DNA of 32,628 nt, from positions 1 through 32,628 of IMG/VR virus record IMGVR_UViG_3300048886_000288, one strand, 5' to 3'. This DNA is from a virus (taxonomy: Duplodnaviria > Caudoviricetes). The notes beneath the pieces are model-generated. The model saw only the letters and a list, made by a program, of their open reading frames with translations, did not search any database and was not told where the DNA came from. The position numbers and the translations under genes were made by a program. Shown one piece after another: positions 32,323-32,628 of this stretch (position 1 is the first letter of the stretch; the number at the start of each line of letters is the position of its first letter).

Positions 32323-32628
32323 ATGAGCGTCATCGAGCAACAACTGCAAAGCCTCATCGATGAGCAAAGCGTTGGACGACAAGGGCTGCCCGCTGCTGAC
32401 AGTGACGAGGTGTACATACAGCGGGTACTTGCCTTTTGTCCCAAAATAAGCCGCCACTACATTCAAAATCGTCTCGACGAAAATTTTATTCGGATCCGCA
32501 GAAATAGGGACTTTGCGCGGTTGCTGGAGGAGGCAAAGCGGCGCGATGAGAGAGCGACAGAAATAGCTCTCGGAGAAGAGCAAGAGAAGCGGGCGGCGAT
32601 AAAGTCGTTTTGGGTAAATAGGGAGGAT
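32323..32628 (+). CDS. 5' part of the junction-spanning hypothetical protein (continues at 34-345)
   Basis: ATG at 32323, open to the window end: MSVIEQQLQSLIDEQ...AAIKSFWVNRED. Confidence 0.75.
   Translation, partial: MSVIEQQLQSLIDEQSVGRQGLPAADSDEVYIQRVLAFCPKISRHYIQNRLDENFIRIRRNRDFARLLEEAKRRDERATEIALGEEQEKRAAIKSFWVNRED
32596..32628. repeat. Terminal direct repeat, copy 2
   Basis: 32/33 identical to bases 1-33. Confidence 0.95.

Noticed and set aside
1-32628. Stop-codon reassignment
   Set aside because: The standard code gives tightly packed, full-length genes, and TAA, TAG and TGA all end genes at sensible boundaries.

Overview
The window looks like a complete, circularly permuted genome of about 32.6 kb from a short-tailed (podovirus-type) dsDNA phage. 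Bases 1-33 repeat at 32596-32628 (32/33 identical), and one ORF reads through that junction. A divergent sigma70-like promoter pair at about 28150-28240 splits the genome into two arms. The leftward (- strand) arm carries a Cro-like HTH, an LmbU/HTH-MT-A70 methyltransferase with a nuclease-like partner, a structured non-coding region of about 340 nt, and a stand-alone replication-initiator C-terminal domain. It continues with TerS, TerL, an 851-aa modular ADP-ribosyltransferase-like 'polyvalent' protein, portal, scaffold, capsid, tail and ejection proteins, tail fibre and a GH108 endolysin. The rightward (+ strand) arm carries small early genes, an SSB-like protein, a PD-(D/E)XK nuclease, a PP-loop/PAPS-reductase-like protein, RusA and a 3TM holin. 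I recognised no integrase, CI repressor, DNA polymerase, primase or helicase. The most notable candidate system is at 25950-26323. A long structured RNA with its own promoter and a roughly 66-nt antisense RNA to its 5' end (ColE1 RNA II/RNA I-like layout) sit where the DNA-binding half of a replication initiator would be expected. Second, the ART-like protein carries repeated copies of the scaffold's terminal helix motif (SVDEFIGKLLD), which may be a capsid-loading tag. All family calls are from motif recognition by eye; no database search or folding program was run.
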